From Yuukianura sp. NJ FZ-2021 (lineage: Eukaryota), in contig CM102289.1 in NCBI GenBank assembly GCA_046563655.1, forward strand, positions 1 to 64,000: a stretch of 64,000 nt of DNA, given 5' to 3'. The translations under genes and the position numbers were made by a program. The notes beneath the pieces were generated by a model, which saw nothing but the letters and a program-made list of their open reading frames with translations, had not been told where the DNA came from and did not search any database. Every line of letters starts with the position of its first letter. Position 1 is the first letter of the stretch. This document shows positions 38,101-50,634 of this stretch, piece after piece.

Positions 38101-41100
38101 GGTTTCTGAGTTTAGTGGGTCGGTTGGTTGGTCAAATAGGTTGATGAGTTTAGTGGGTCGGTTGGTTGGTCAAATAGGTTGATGAGTTTAGTGGGTCGGT
38201 TGGTTGGTCAAATAGGTTGATGAGTTTAGTGGGTCGGTTGGTTGGTCAAATAGGTTGATGAGTTTAGTGGGTCGGTTGGTTGGTCAAATAGGTTGATGAG
38301 TTTAGTGGGTCGGTTGGTTGGTCAAATAGGTTGATGAGTTTAGTGGGTCGGTTGGTTGGTCAAATAGGTTGATGAGTTTAGTGGGTCGGTTGGTTGGTCA
38401 AATAGGTTGATGAGTTTAGTGGGTCGGTTGGTTGGTCAAATTGGTTTCTGAGTTTAGTGGGTCGGTTGGTTGGTCAAATTGGTTTCTGAGTTTAGTGGGT
38501 CGGTTGGTTGGTCAAATTGGTTGATCAGTTTAGTGGGTCGGTTGGTTGGTCAAATAGGTTGATGAGTTTAGTGGGTCGGTTGGTTGGTCAAATTGGTTTC
38601 TGAGTTTAGTGGGTCGGTTGGTTGGTCAAATAGGTTGATGAGTTTAGTGGGTCGGTTGGTTGGTCAAATAGGTTGATGAGTTTAGTGGGTCGGTTGGTTG
38701 GTCAAATAGGTTGATGAGTTTAGTGGGTCGGTTGGTTGGTCAAATAGGTTGATGAGTTTAGTGGGTCGGTTGGTTGGTCAAATAGGTTGATGAGTTTAGT
38801 GGGTCGGTTGGTTGGTCAAATAGGTTGATGAGTTTAGTGGGTCGGTTGGTTGGTCAAATAGGTTGATGAGTTTAGTGGGTCGGTTGGTTGGTCAAATAGG
38901 TTGATGAGTTTAGTGGGTCGGTTGGTTGGTCAAATAGGTTGATGAGTTTAGTGGGTCGGTTGGTTGGTCAAATAGGTTGATGAGTTTAGTGGGTCGGTTG
39001 GTTGGTCAAATAGGTTGATGAGTTTAGTGGGTCGGTTGGTTGGTCAAATAGGTTGATGAGTTTAGTGGGTCGGTTGGTTGGTCAAATTGGTTTCTGAGTT
39101 TAGTGGGTCGGTTGGTTGGTCAAATTGGTTGATCAGTTTAGTGGGTCGGTTGGTTGGTCAAATAGGTTGATGAGTTTAGTGGGTCGGTTGGTTGGTCAAA
39201 TAGGTTGATGAGTTTAGTGGGTCGGTTGGTTGGTCAAATAGGTTGATGAGTTTAGTGGGTCGGTTGGTTGGTCAAATAGGTTGATGAGTTTAGTGGGTCG
39301 GTTGGTTGGTCAAATAGGTTGATGAGTTTAGTGGGTCGGTTGGTTGGTCAAATAGGTTGATGAGTTTAGTGGGTCGGTTGGTTGGTCAAATAGGTTGATG
39401 AGTTTAGTGGGTCGGTTGGTTGGTCAAATAGGTTGATGAGTTTAGTGGGTCGGTTGGTTGGTCAAATAGGTTGATGAGTTTAGTGGGTCGGTTGGTTGGT
39501 CAAATAGGTTGATGAGTTTAGTGGGTCGGTTGGTTGGTCAAATAGGTTGATGAGTTTAGTGGGTCGGTTGGTTGGTCAAATAGGTTGATGAGTTTAGTGG
39601 GTCGGTTGGTTGGTCAAATAGGTTGATGAGTTTAGTGGGTCGGTTGGTTGGTCAAATAGGTTGATGAGTTTAGTGGGTCGGTTGGTTGGTCAAATTGGTT
39701 TCTGAGTTTAGTGGGTCGGTTGGTTGGTCAAATAGGTTGATGAGTTTAGTGGGTCGGTTGGTTGGTCAAATAGGTTGATGAGTTTAGTGGGTCGGTTGGT
39801 TGGTCAAATAGGTTGATGAGTTTAGTGGGTCGGTTGGTTGGTCAAATTGGTTTCTGAGTTTAGTGGGTCGGTTGGTTGGTCAAATTGGTTTCTGAGTTTA
39901 GTGGGTCGGTTGGTTGGTCAAATAGGTTGATGAGTTTAGTGGGTCGGTTGGTTGGTCAAATAGGTTGATGAGTTTAGTGGGTCGGTTGGTTGGTCAAATT
40001 GGTTTCTGAGTTTAGTGGGTCGGTTGGTTGGTCAAATTGGTTTCTGAGTTTAGTGGGTCGGTTGGTTGGTCAAATTGGTTGATCAGTTTAGTGGGTCGGT
40101 TGGTTGGTCAAATAGGTTGATGAGTTTAGTGGGTCGGTTGGTTGGTCAAATTGGTTTCTGAGTTTAGTGGGTCGGTTGGTTGGTCAAATAGGTTGATGAG
40201 TTTAGTGGGTCGGTTGGTTGGTCAAATAGGTTGATGAGTTTAGTGGGTCGGTTGGTTGGTCAAATAGGTTGATGAGTTTAGTGGGTCGGTTGGTTGGTCA
40301 AATAGGTTGATGAGTTTAGTGGGTCGGTTGGTTGGTCAAATAGGTTGATGAGTTTAGTGGGTCGGTTGGTTGGTCAAATAGGTTGATGAGTTTAGTGGGT
40401 CGGTTGGTTGGTCAAATAGGTTGATGAGTTTAGTGGGTCGGTTGGTTGGTCAAATAGGTTGATGAGTTTAGTGGGTCGGTTGGTTGGTCAAATAGGTTGA
40501 TGAGTTTAGTGGGTCGGTTGGTTGGTCAAATAGGTTGATGAGTTTAGTGGGTCGGTTGGTTGGTCAAATAGGTTGATGAGTTTAGTGGGTCGGTTGGTTG
40601 GTCAAATAGGTTTCTGAGTTTAGTGGGTCGGTTGGTTGGTCAAATAGGTTGATGAGTTTAGTGGGTCGGTTGGTTGGTCAAATAGGTTGATGAGTTTAGT
40701 GGGTCGGTTGGTTGGTCAAATAGGTTGATGAGTTTAGTGGGTCGGTTGGTTGGTCAAATAGGTTGATGAGTTTAGTGGGTCGGTTGGTTGGTCAAATTGG
40801 TTTCTGAGTTTAGTGGGTCGGTTGGTTGGTCAAATTGGTTTCTGAGTTTAGTGGGTCGGTTGGTTGGTCAAATAGGTTGATGAGTTTAGTGGGTCGGTTG
40901 GTTGGTCAAATAGGTTGATGAGTTTAGTGGGTCGGTTGGTTGGTCAAATTGGTTTCTGAGTTTAGTGGGTCGGTTGGTTGGTCAAATAGGTTGATGAGTT
41001 TAGTGGGTCGGTTGGTTGGTCAAATAGGTTGATGAGTTTAGTGGGTCGGTTGGTTGGTCAAATAGGTTGATGAGTTTAGTGGGTCGGTTGGTTGGTCAAA

Positions 41101-44100
41101 TAGGTTGATGAGTTTAGTGGGTCGGTTGGTTGGTCAAATAGGTTGATGAGTTTAGTGGGTCGGTTGGTTGGTCAAATAGGTTGATGAGTTTAGTGGGTCG
41201 GTTGGTTGGTCAAATAGGTTGATGAGTTTAGTGGGTCGGTTGGTTGGTCAAATAGGTTGATGAGTTTAGTGGGTCGGTTGGTTGGTCAAATAGGTTGATG
41301 AGTTTAGTGGGTCGGTTGGTTGGTCAAATAGGTTGATGAGTTTAGTGGGTCGGTTGGTTGGTCAAATAGGTTGATGAGTTTAGTGGGTCGGTTGGTTGGT
41401 CAAATTGGTTGATGAGTTTAGTGGGTCGGTTGGTTGGTCAAATTGGTTTCTGAGTTTAGTGGGTCGGTTGGTTGGTCAAATAGGTTGATGAGTTTAGTGG
41501 GTCGGTTGGTTGGTCAAATAGGTTGATGAGTTTAGTGGGTCGGTTGGTTGGTCAAATAGGTTGATGAGTTTAGTGGGTCGGTTGGTTGGTCAAATTGGTT
41601 TCTGAGTTTAGTGGGTCGGTTGGTTGGTCAAATAGGTTGATGAGTTTAGTGGGTCGGTTGGTTGGTCAAATAGGTTGATGAGTTTAGTGGGTCGGTTGGT
41701 TGGTCAAATAGGTTGATGAGTTTAGTGGGTCGGTTGGTTGGTCAAATAGGTTGATGAGTTTAGTGGGTCGGTTGGTTGGTCAAATAGGTTGATGAGTTTA
41801 GTGGGTCGGTTGGTTGGTCAAATAGGTTGATGAGTTTAGTGGGTCGGTTGGTTGGTCAAATAGGTTGATGAGTTTAGTGGGTCGGTTGGTTGGTCAAATA
41901 GGTTGATGAGTTTAGTGGGTCGGTTGGTTGGTCAAATAGGTTGATGAGTTTAGTGGGTCGGTTGGTTGGTCAAATAGGTTGATGAGTTTAGTGGGTCGGT
42001 TGGTTGGTCAAATAGGTTGATGAGTTTAGTGGGTCGGTTGGTTGGTCAAATAGGTTGATGAGTTTAGTGGGTCGGTTGGTTGGTCAAATAGGTTGATGAG
42101 TTTAGTGGGTCGGTTGGTTGGTCAAATAGGTTGATGAGTTTAGTGGGTCGGTTGGTTGGTCAAATAGGTTGATGAGTTTAGTGGGTCGGTTGGTTGGTCA
42201 AATAGGTTGATGAGTTTAGTGGGTCGGTTGGTTGGTCAAATAGGTTGATGAGTTTAGTGGGTCGGTTGGTTGGTCAAATAGGTTGATGAGTTTAGTGGGT
42301 CGGTTGGTTGGTCAAATAGGTTGATGAGTTTAGTGGGTCGGTTGGTTGGTCAAATAGGTTGATGAGTTTAGTGGGTCGGTTGGTTGGTCAAATAGGTTGA
42401 TGAGTTTAGTGGGTCGGTTGGTTGGTCAAATAGGTTGATGAGTTTAGTGGGTCGGTTGGTTGGTCAAATAGGTTGATGAGTTTAGTGGGTCGGTTGGTTG
42501 GTCAAATAGGTTGATGAGTTTAGTGGGTCGGTTGGTTGGTCAAATAGGTTGATGAGTTTAGTGGGTCGGTTGGTTGGTCAAATAGGTTGATGAGTTTAGT
42601 GGGTCGGTTGGTTGGTCAAATAGGTTGATGAGTTTAGTGGGTCGGTTGGTTGGTCAAATAGGTTGATGAGTTTAGTGGGTCGGTTGGTTGGTCAAATAGG
42701 TTGATGAGTTTAGTGGGTCGGTTGGTTGGTCAAATAGGTTGATGAGTTTAGTGGGTCGGTTGGTTGGTCAAATAGGTTGATGAGTTTAGTGGGTCGGTTG
42801 GTTGGTCAAATAGGTTGATGAGTTTAGTGGGTCGGTTGGTTGGTCAAATAGGTTGATGAGTTTAGTGGGTCGGTTGGTTGGTCAAATAGGTTGATGAGTT
42901 TAGTGGGTCGGTTGGTTGGTCAAATAGGTTGATGAGTTTAGTGGGTCGGTTGGTTGGTCAAATAGGTTGATGAGTTTAGTGGGTCGGTTGGTTGGTCAAA
43001 TAGGTTGATGAGTTTAGTGGGTCGGTTGGTTGGTCAAATAGGTTGATGAGTTTAGTGGGTCGGTTGGTTGGTCAAATAGGTTGATGAGTTTAGTGGGTCG
43101 GTTGGTTGGTCAAATAGGTTGATGAGTTTAGTGGGTCGGTTGGTTGGTCAAATAGGTTGATGAGTTTAGTGGGTCGGTTGGTTGGTCAAATAGGTTGATG
43201 AGTTTAGTGGGTCGGTTGGTTGGTCAAATAGGTTGATGAGTTTAGTGGGTCGGTTGGTTGGTCAAATTGGTTTCTGAGTTTAGTGGGTCGGTTGGTTGGT
43301 CAAATAGGTTGATGAGTTTAGTGGGTCGGTTGGTTGGTCAAATAGGTTGATGAGTTTAGTGGGTCGGTTGGTTGGTCAAATAGGTTGATGAGTTTAGTGG
43401 GTCGGTTGGTTGGTCAAATTGGTTGATGAGTTTAGTGGGTCGGTTGGTTGGTCAAATTGGTTGATGAGTTTAGTGGGTCGGTTGGTTGGTCAAATAGGTT
43501 GATGAGTTTAGTGGGTCGGTTGGTTGGTCAAATAGGTTGATGAGTTTAGTGGGTCGGTTGGTTGGTCAAATAGGTTGATGAGTTTAGTGGGTCGGTTGGT
43601 TGGTCAAATAGGTTGATGAGTTTAGTGGGTCGGTTGGTTGGTCAAATAGGTTGATGAGTTTAGTGGGTCGGTTGGTTGGTCAAATAGGTTGATGAGTTTA
43701 GTGGGTCGGTTGGTTGGTCAAATAGGTTGATGAGTTTAGTGGGTCGGTTGGTTGGTCAAATAGGTTGATGAGTTTAGTGGGTCGGTTGGTTGGTCAAATA
43801 GGTTGATGAGTTTAGTGGGTCGGTTGGTTGGTCAAATAGGTTGATGAGTTTAGTGGGTCGGTTGGTTGGTCAAATTGGTTTCTGAGTTTAGTGGGTCGGT
43901 TGGTTGGTCAAATAGGTTGATGAGTTTAGTGGGTCGGTTGGTTGGTCAAATAGGTTGATGAGTTTAGTGGGTCGGTTGGTTGGTCAAATAGGTTGATGAG
44001 TTTAGTGGGTCGGTTGGTTGGTCAAATAGGTTGATGAGTTTAGTGGGTCGGTTGGTTGGTCAAATTGGTTTCTGAGTTTAGTGGGTCGGTTGGTTGGTCA

Positions 44101-47100
44101 AATAGGTTGATGAGTTTAGTGGGTCGGTTGGTTGGTCAAATAGGTTGATGAGTTTAGTGGGTCGGTTGGTTGGTCAAATAGGTTGATGAGTTTAGTGGGT
44201 CGGTTGGTTGGTCAAATTGGTTTCTGAGTTTAGTGGGTCGGTTGGTTGGTCAAATAGGTTGATGAGTTTAGTGGGTCGGTTGGTTGGTCAAATAGGTTGA
44301 TGAGTTTAGTGGGTCGGTTGGTTGGTCAAATAGGTTGATGAGTTTAGTGGGTCGGTTGGTTGGTCAAATAGGTTGATGAGTTTAGTGGGTCGGTTGGTTG
44401 GTCAAATAGGTTGATGAGTTTAGTGGGTCGGTTGGTTGGTCAAATAGGTTGATGAGTTTAGTGGGTCGGTTGGTTGGTCAAATAGGTTGATGAGTTTAGT
44501 GGGTCGGTTGGTTGGTCAAATAGGTTGATGAGTTTAGTGGGTCGGTTGGTTGGTCAAATAGGTTGATGAGTTTAGTGGGTCGGTTGGTTGGTCAAATAGG
44601 TTGATGAGTTTAGTGGGTCGGTTGGTTGGTCAAATAGGTTGATGAGTTTAGTGGGTCGGTTGGTTGGTCAAATAGGTTGATGAGTTTAGTGGGTCGGTTG
44701 GTTGGTCAAATAGGTTGATGAGTTTAGTGGGTCGGTTGGTTGGTCAAATAGGTTGATGAGTTTAGTGGGTCGGTTGGTTGGTCAAATAGGTTGATGAGTT
44801 TAGTGGGTCGGTTGGTTGGTCAAATTGGTTTCTGAGTTTAGTGGGTCGGTTGGTTGGTCAAATAGGTTGATGAGTTTAGTGGGTCGGTTGGTTGGTCAAA
44901 TAGGTTGATGAGTTTAGTGGGTCGGTTGGTTGGTCAAATAGGTTGATGAGTTTAGTGGGTCGGTTGGTTGGTCAAATAGGTTGATGAGTTTAGTGGGTCG
45001 GTTGGTTGGTCAAATAGGTTGATGAGTTTAGTGGGTCGGTTGGTTGGTCAAATAGGTTGATGAGTTTAGTGGGTCGGTTGGTTGGTCAAATAGGTTGATG
45101 AGTTTAGTGGGTCGGTTGGTTGGTCAAATAGGTTGATGAGTTTAGTGGGTCGGTTGGTTGGTCAAATAGGTTGATGAGTTTAGTGGGTCGGTTGGTTGGT
45201 CAAATAGGTTGATGAGTTTAGTGGGTCGGTTGGTTGGTCAAATAGGTTGATGAGTTTAGTGGGTCGGTTGGTTGGTCAAATAGGTTGATGAGTTTAGTGG
45301 GTCGGTTGGTTGGTCAAATAGGTTGATGAGTTTAGTGGGTCGGTTGGTTGGTCAAATAGGTTGATGAGTTTAGTGGGTCGGTTGGTTGGTCAAATAGGTT
45401 GATGAGTTTAGTGGGTCGGTTGGTTGGTCAAATAGGTTGATGAGTTTAGTGGGTCGGTTGGTTGGTCAAATAGGTTGATGAGTTTAGTGGGTCGGTTGGT
45501 TGGTCAAATAGGTTGATGAGTTTAGTGGGTCGGTTGGTTGGTCAAATAGGTTGATGAGTTTAGTGGGTCGGTTGGTTGGTCAAATAGGTTGATGAGTTTA
45601 GTGGGTCGGTTGGTTGGTCAAATTGGTTGATGAGTTTAGTGGGTCGGTTGGTTGGTCAAATAGGTTGATGAGTTTAGTGGGTCGGTTGGTTGGTCAAATT
45701 GGTTGATGAGTTTAGTGGGTCGGTTGGTTGGTCAAATAGGTTGATGAGTTTAGTGGGTCGGTTGGTTGGTCAAATAGGTTGATGAGTTTAGTGGGTCGGT
45801 TGGTTGGTCAAATAGGTTGATGAGTTTAGTGGGTCGGTTGGTTGGTCAAATAGGTTGATGAGTTTAGTGGGTCGGTTGGTTGGTCAAATAGGTTGATGAG
45901 TTTAGTGGGTCGGTTGGTTGGTCAAATAGGTTGATGAGTTTAGTGGGTCGGTTGGTTGGTCAAATAGGTTGATGAGTTTAGTGGGTCGGTTGGTTGGTCA
46001 AATAGGTTGATGAGTTTAGTGGGTCGGTTGGTTGGTCAAATAGGTTGATGAGTTTAGTGGGTCGGTTGGTTGGTCAAATAGGTTGATGAGTTTAGTGGGT
46101 CGGTTGGTTGGTCAAATAGGTTGATGAGTTTAGTGGGTCGGTTGGTTGGTCAAATAGGTTGATGAGTTTAGTGGGTCGGTTGGTTGGTCAAATAGGTTGA
46201 TGAGTTTAGTGGGTCGGTTGGTTGGTCAAATAGGTTGATGAGTTTAGTGGGTCGGTTGGTTGGTCAAATTGGTTTCTGAGTTTAGTGGGTCGGTTGGTTG
46301 GTCAAATAGGTTGATGAGTTTAGTGGGTCGGTTGGTTGGTCAAATAGGTTGATGAGTTTAGTGGGTCGGTTGGTTGGTCAAATTGGTTTCTGAGTTTAGT
46401 GGGTCGGTTGGTTGGTCAAATTGGTTTCTGAGTTTAGTGGGTCGGTTGGTTGGTCAAATAGGTTGATGAGTTTAGTGGGTCGGTTGGTTGGTCAAATAGG
46501 TTGATGAGTTTAGTGGGTCGGTTGGTTGGTCAAATAGGTTGATGAGTTTAGTGGGTCGGTTGGTTGGTCAAATAGGTTGATGAGTTTAGTGGGTCGGTTG
46601 GTTGGTCAAATAGGTTGATGAGTTTAGTGGGTCGGTTGGTTGGTCAAATAGGTTGATGAGTTTAGTGGGTCGGTTGGTTGGTCAAATAGGTTGATGAGTT
46701 TAGTGGGTCGGTTGGTTGGTCAAATAGGTTGATGAGTTTAGTGGGTCGGTTGGTTGGTCAAATAGGTTGATGAGTTTAGTGGGTCGGTTGGTTGGTCAAA
46801 TAGGTTGATGAGTTTAGTGGGTCGGTTGGTTGGTCAAATAGGTTGATGAGTTTAGTGGGTCGGTTGGTTGGTCAAATAGGTTGATGAGTTTAGTGGGTCG
46901 GTTGGTTGGTCAAATTGGTTTCTGAGTTTAGTGGGTCGGTTGGTTGGTCAAATTGGTTTCTGAGTTTAGTGGGTCGGTTGGTTGGTCAAATAGGTTGATG
47001 AGTTTAGTGGGTCGGTTGGTTGGTCAAATAGGTTGATGAGTTTAGTGGGTCGGTTGGTTGGTCAAATAGGTTGATGAGTTTAGTGGGTCGGTTGGTTGGT

Positions 47101-48450
47101 CAAATAGGTTGATGAGTTTAGTGGGTCGGTTGGTTGGTCAAATAGGTTGATGAGTTTAGTGGGTCGGTTGGTTGGTCAAATAGGTTGATGAGTTTAGTGG
47201 GTCGGTTGGTTGGTCAAATAGGTTGATGAGTTTAGTGGGTCGGTTGGTTGGTCAAATAGGTTGATGAGTTTAGTGGGTCGGTTGGTTGGTCAAATAGGTT
47301 GATGAGTTTAGTGGGTCGGTTGGTTGGTCAAATAGGTTGATGAGTTTAGTGGGTCGGTTGGTTGGTCAAATAGGTTGATGAGTTTAGTGGGTCGGTTGGT
47401 TGGTCAAATAGGTTGATGAGTTTAGTGGGTCGGTTGGTTGGTCAAATAGGTTGATGAGTTTAGTGGGTCGGTTGGTTGGTCAAATAGGTTGATGAGTTTA
47501 GTGGGTCGGTTGGTTGGTCAAATAGGTTGATGAGTTTAGTGGGTCGGTTGGTTGGTCAAATAGGTTGATGAGTTTAGTGGGTCGGTTGGTTGGTCAAATA
47601 GGTTGATGAGTTTAGTGGGTCGGTTGGTTGGTCAAATAGGTTGATGAGTTTAGTGGGTCGGTTGGTTGGTCAAATTGGTTTCTGAGTTTAGTGGGTCGGT
47701 TGGTTGGTCAAATAGGTTGATGAGTTTAGTGGGTCGGTTGGTTGGTCAAATAGGTTGATGAGTTTAGTGGGTCGGTTGGTTGGTCAAATAGGTTGATGAG
47801 TTTAGTGGGTCGGTTGGTTGGTCAAATAGGTTGATGAGTTTAGTGGGTCGGTTGGTTGGTCAAATTGGTTGATGAGTTTAGTGGGTCGGTTGGTTGGTCA
47901 AATAGGTTGATGAGTTTAGTGGGTCGGTTGGTTGGTCAAATAGGTTGATGAGTTTAGTGGGTCGGTTGGTTGGTCAAATTGGTTGATGAGTTTAGTGGGT
48001 CGGTTGGTTGGTCAAATAGGTTGATGAGTTTAGTGGGTCGGTTGGTTGGTCAAATAGGTTGATGAGTTTAGTGGGTCGGTTGGTTGGTCAAATAGGTTGA
48101 TGAGTTTAGTGGGTCGGTTGGTTGGTCAAATTGGTTTCTGAGTTTAGTGGGTCGGTTGGTTGGTCAAATAGGTTGATGAGTTTAGTGGGTCGGTTGGTTG
48201 GTCAAATAGGTTGATGAGTTTAGTGGGTCGGTTGGTTGGTCAAATAGGTTGATGAGTTTAGTGGGTCGGTTGGTTGGTCAAATTGGTTTCTGAGTTTAGT
48301 GGGTCGGTTGGTTGGTCAAATAGGTTGATGAGTTTAGTGGGTCGGTTGGTTGGTCAAATAGGTTGATGAGTTTAGTGGGTCGGTTGGTTGGTCAAATAGG
48401 TTGATGAGTTTAGTGGGTCGGTTGGTTGGTCAAATAGGTTGATGAGTTTA
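32193..48450. repeat. 38-bp satellite (ggttggttggtcaaataggttgatgagtttagtgggtc), ~428 copies
   Basis: Homogeneous tandem array with a linked variant aaattggtttctgag. Confidence 0.99.
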
Positions 48451-49178
48451 GGTAAGGCACCAAACTGAACCAAATCCAAACACATTGGTTTAATTGACTC
48501 CTCTATTTCCATTGTTTTTAGATTATTGAGCATGAGACAGTCAAGTATGAGGAGATTCCATTGTCGCCTTTATCCAAACACAGGCTGTCAGCTGTTCGGA
48601 GGAAAGTACTTGCACTGGATGTGGACGAAACACTCATCCATTCTCATCACGATGCAATTCAAAGGTAATGTCTGGAACTGGTATTTTTAATTGTCATCTC
48701 CATCAATCTCTACTTTGTTTAGGGAAAGCGTTAAGCCAGAGGCACCTCCTGACTTTATACTAAAAGTAACGATAGAGCGACACCGAGTTCGGTTTTTCGT
48801 CCACAAACGACCACACGTCGACTACTTCCTGGATGTCGTAAGTTTTAATGCATAAAAGACAACATGCATGATAAACAAAACAAATGAGGAATTCCTTTGC
48901 GTAGGTTTCCAAATGGTTCGAGTTGGTCATGTTCACTGCCTCAATGAAGATCTACGGTGCAGGTATGTTTATTCCAAATTAATGTCGGATTTTAGAGTGG
49001 AATTTGTAAGTAGGGTAAAGTTATTGAAGTTGTTAATTTGAAAACAGAGTTGGGGATGAAGTGGACAAGGGGAGGAGGATGCTGGAGACGAGATACTAGC
49101 GACCACACTGCACTCTCCACTTGGTTTCCTACACGAGGGATCTGTCCAACATTTTGTTGTGGACAACTGACCAGGAGC
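48451..49178 (+). pseudogene. CTDNEP1: Third CTDNEP1/Dullard copy (intron 1 to exon 5), disabled
   Basis: [38 protein letters not shown] and [18 protein letters not shown]. Exon 5 has a TAG at ~49097 plus deletions, and a damaged acceptor. Confidence 0.9.
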
Positions 49179-49320
49179 ATCAAAATGGACTGGAAAGAAA
49201 GTGACAGAAATAAAATGGAAATGAGAGAAACGATTGTTTCGGAGTTTGTGCTTTATTCATTGGCTGCAGTGGGAGATGTAGTGTTGACCATGTGAACTGT
49301 TGATTGTGGGACTGAATTTC

Positions 49321-50572
49321 TTAAGGGCTCCGATCGTCAGTCAGGGTTTGTTGGAAGTGTTGGGTGGTTGATTTCTCTTTGGCGGGCGAGGTTCCTGAGG
49401 CCTCCATCCGTTGGGGACTGGATGATAGGTGGGTCTTGGATGGGGAGACCAAGGAATGGACACATTCTGACTCCCCCGTCCATACAGTCCGCCCCACCCC
49501 CACGACTCAGCCGCTTCCGCCCAACGACCCAGGCCAGACCCACCACCCCGCCCCCAACTCCCCTCTCCACCCGAACTCCACACCCACGGCCAACCTGCAA
49601 ACAAAAGAAACGTTGTACTGACGTTGAGGTGTTTTTGTTGACAAGGAACAAGACCTCTGCGTTAGAGACACTTCTGAAGTGAGGTTGTGGTGGAATGTGC
49701 TGGATCCAGGAATGAGACTCCACCAAATCCCCACCCACTGACCACCATCACCCAAGCAGCACAAAAGCATCAAACAATCTTAGCCCGAAACCCGAACTAG
49801 TGTTCAACTTGGCCCCACCTTCGAAGGGGACTTGGGACTAAAAGAGTGAAAGTGGCTTACCAAAGTCTCCTCTGCCCATTGGTCCACCACGCATCACCCC
49901 TCTTCCTCTCAGTCCCAGTCCCAGTGGAGGCACAATCCTACAACACAGCCACATTAGACTGGAGTTGGAAAGTGAAACGATTCCCACTTACGCCATGTTC
50001 CTCTGCTGGGCCATGGCTGCCATCATTCTGCGCTCTCTCGCTCTGAGCACTACCTCCTTTTTCCGTTTGTCAGATGGAGGTTTGGCCAGTAAAATGTCCA
50101 TCAGAGACCCACACACCTCCTTCCCACTCAGACTCTCCAGAGCACTCTCCGCTGACTCACGACTCTCGTAGTGCACAAAGGCATAATCCTAAGGAAACAA
50201 AGGAAGAGTGAACATTTGTCAAAGTGAAAGCAGAAAGTAGTCCTTACTTTGATTTTCTTGACTCGATCCACATGTCCATGAGCCTCAAACACTTCCTTGA
50301 GCCTCTCCTCACTCACATCCTGCGTCAGATTCTTTACGTAGAGCACTTTCACTTTGGCCATTGTGTCTTCATCTGGTTCCTCCTGAGGGTCAGCCCAGTC
50401 TACTGCACAACCACAACAAATAAGACGGAGCCCCACACTTTGACTCGAGAGGTGCCGAGTCGTCGCTTGGCGAGAGACGCTGATTTGTGAGACTCGTACT
50501 CTAGGAAACAGAATCCTCGATTCTTCTTCCTGTCGTCCGGTGAACTGTAAATGATGATCTCTTTCAGTCCCG
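49321..50572 (-). pseudogene. SYNCRIP: SYNCRIP/hnRNP R (Syp) 3' genomic fragment, RRM2-RRM3 to RGG-like tail
   Basis: IIYSSPDDRKKNRGFCFLEYESHKSASLAKRRL, VDWADPQEEPDEDTMAKVKVLYVKNL, YAFVHYESRE, LAKPPSDKRKKE..RERR. Frameshift near 50430, introns retained, 5' part missing. The 3' boundary is approximate. Confidence 0.88.
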
Positions 50573-50589
50573 CTGAAGCAATCAGTCCA

Positions 50590-50634
50590 TTAGGTTAGGT
50601 TAGGTAAAGCCTAACCCTAAACCTAACCTAACCT
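50590..50634. repeat. (TTAGG)3 followed by inverted CCTAA-type repeats
   Basis: ttaggttaggttaggtaaagcctaaccctaaacctaacctaaccta read directly. Confidence 0.85.

Noticed and set aside
15026..48450. CRISPR-like regular repeats
   Set aside because: Head-to-tail tandem units with no unique spacers, no cas genes, and a eukaryotic context.
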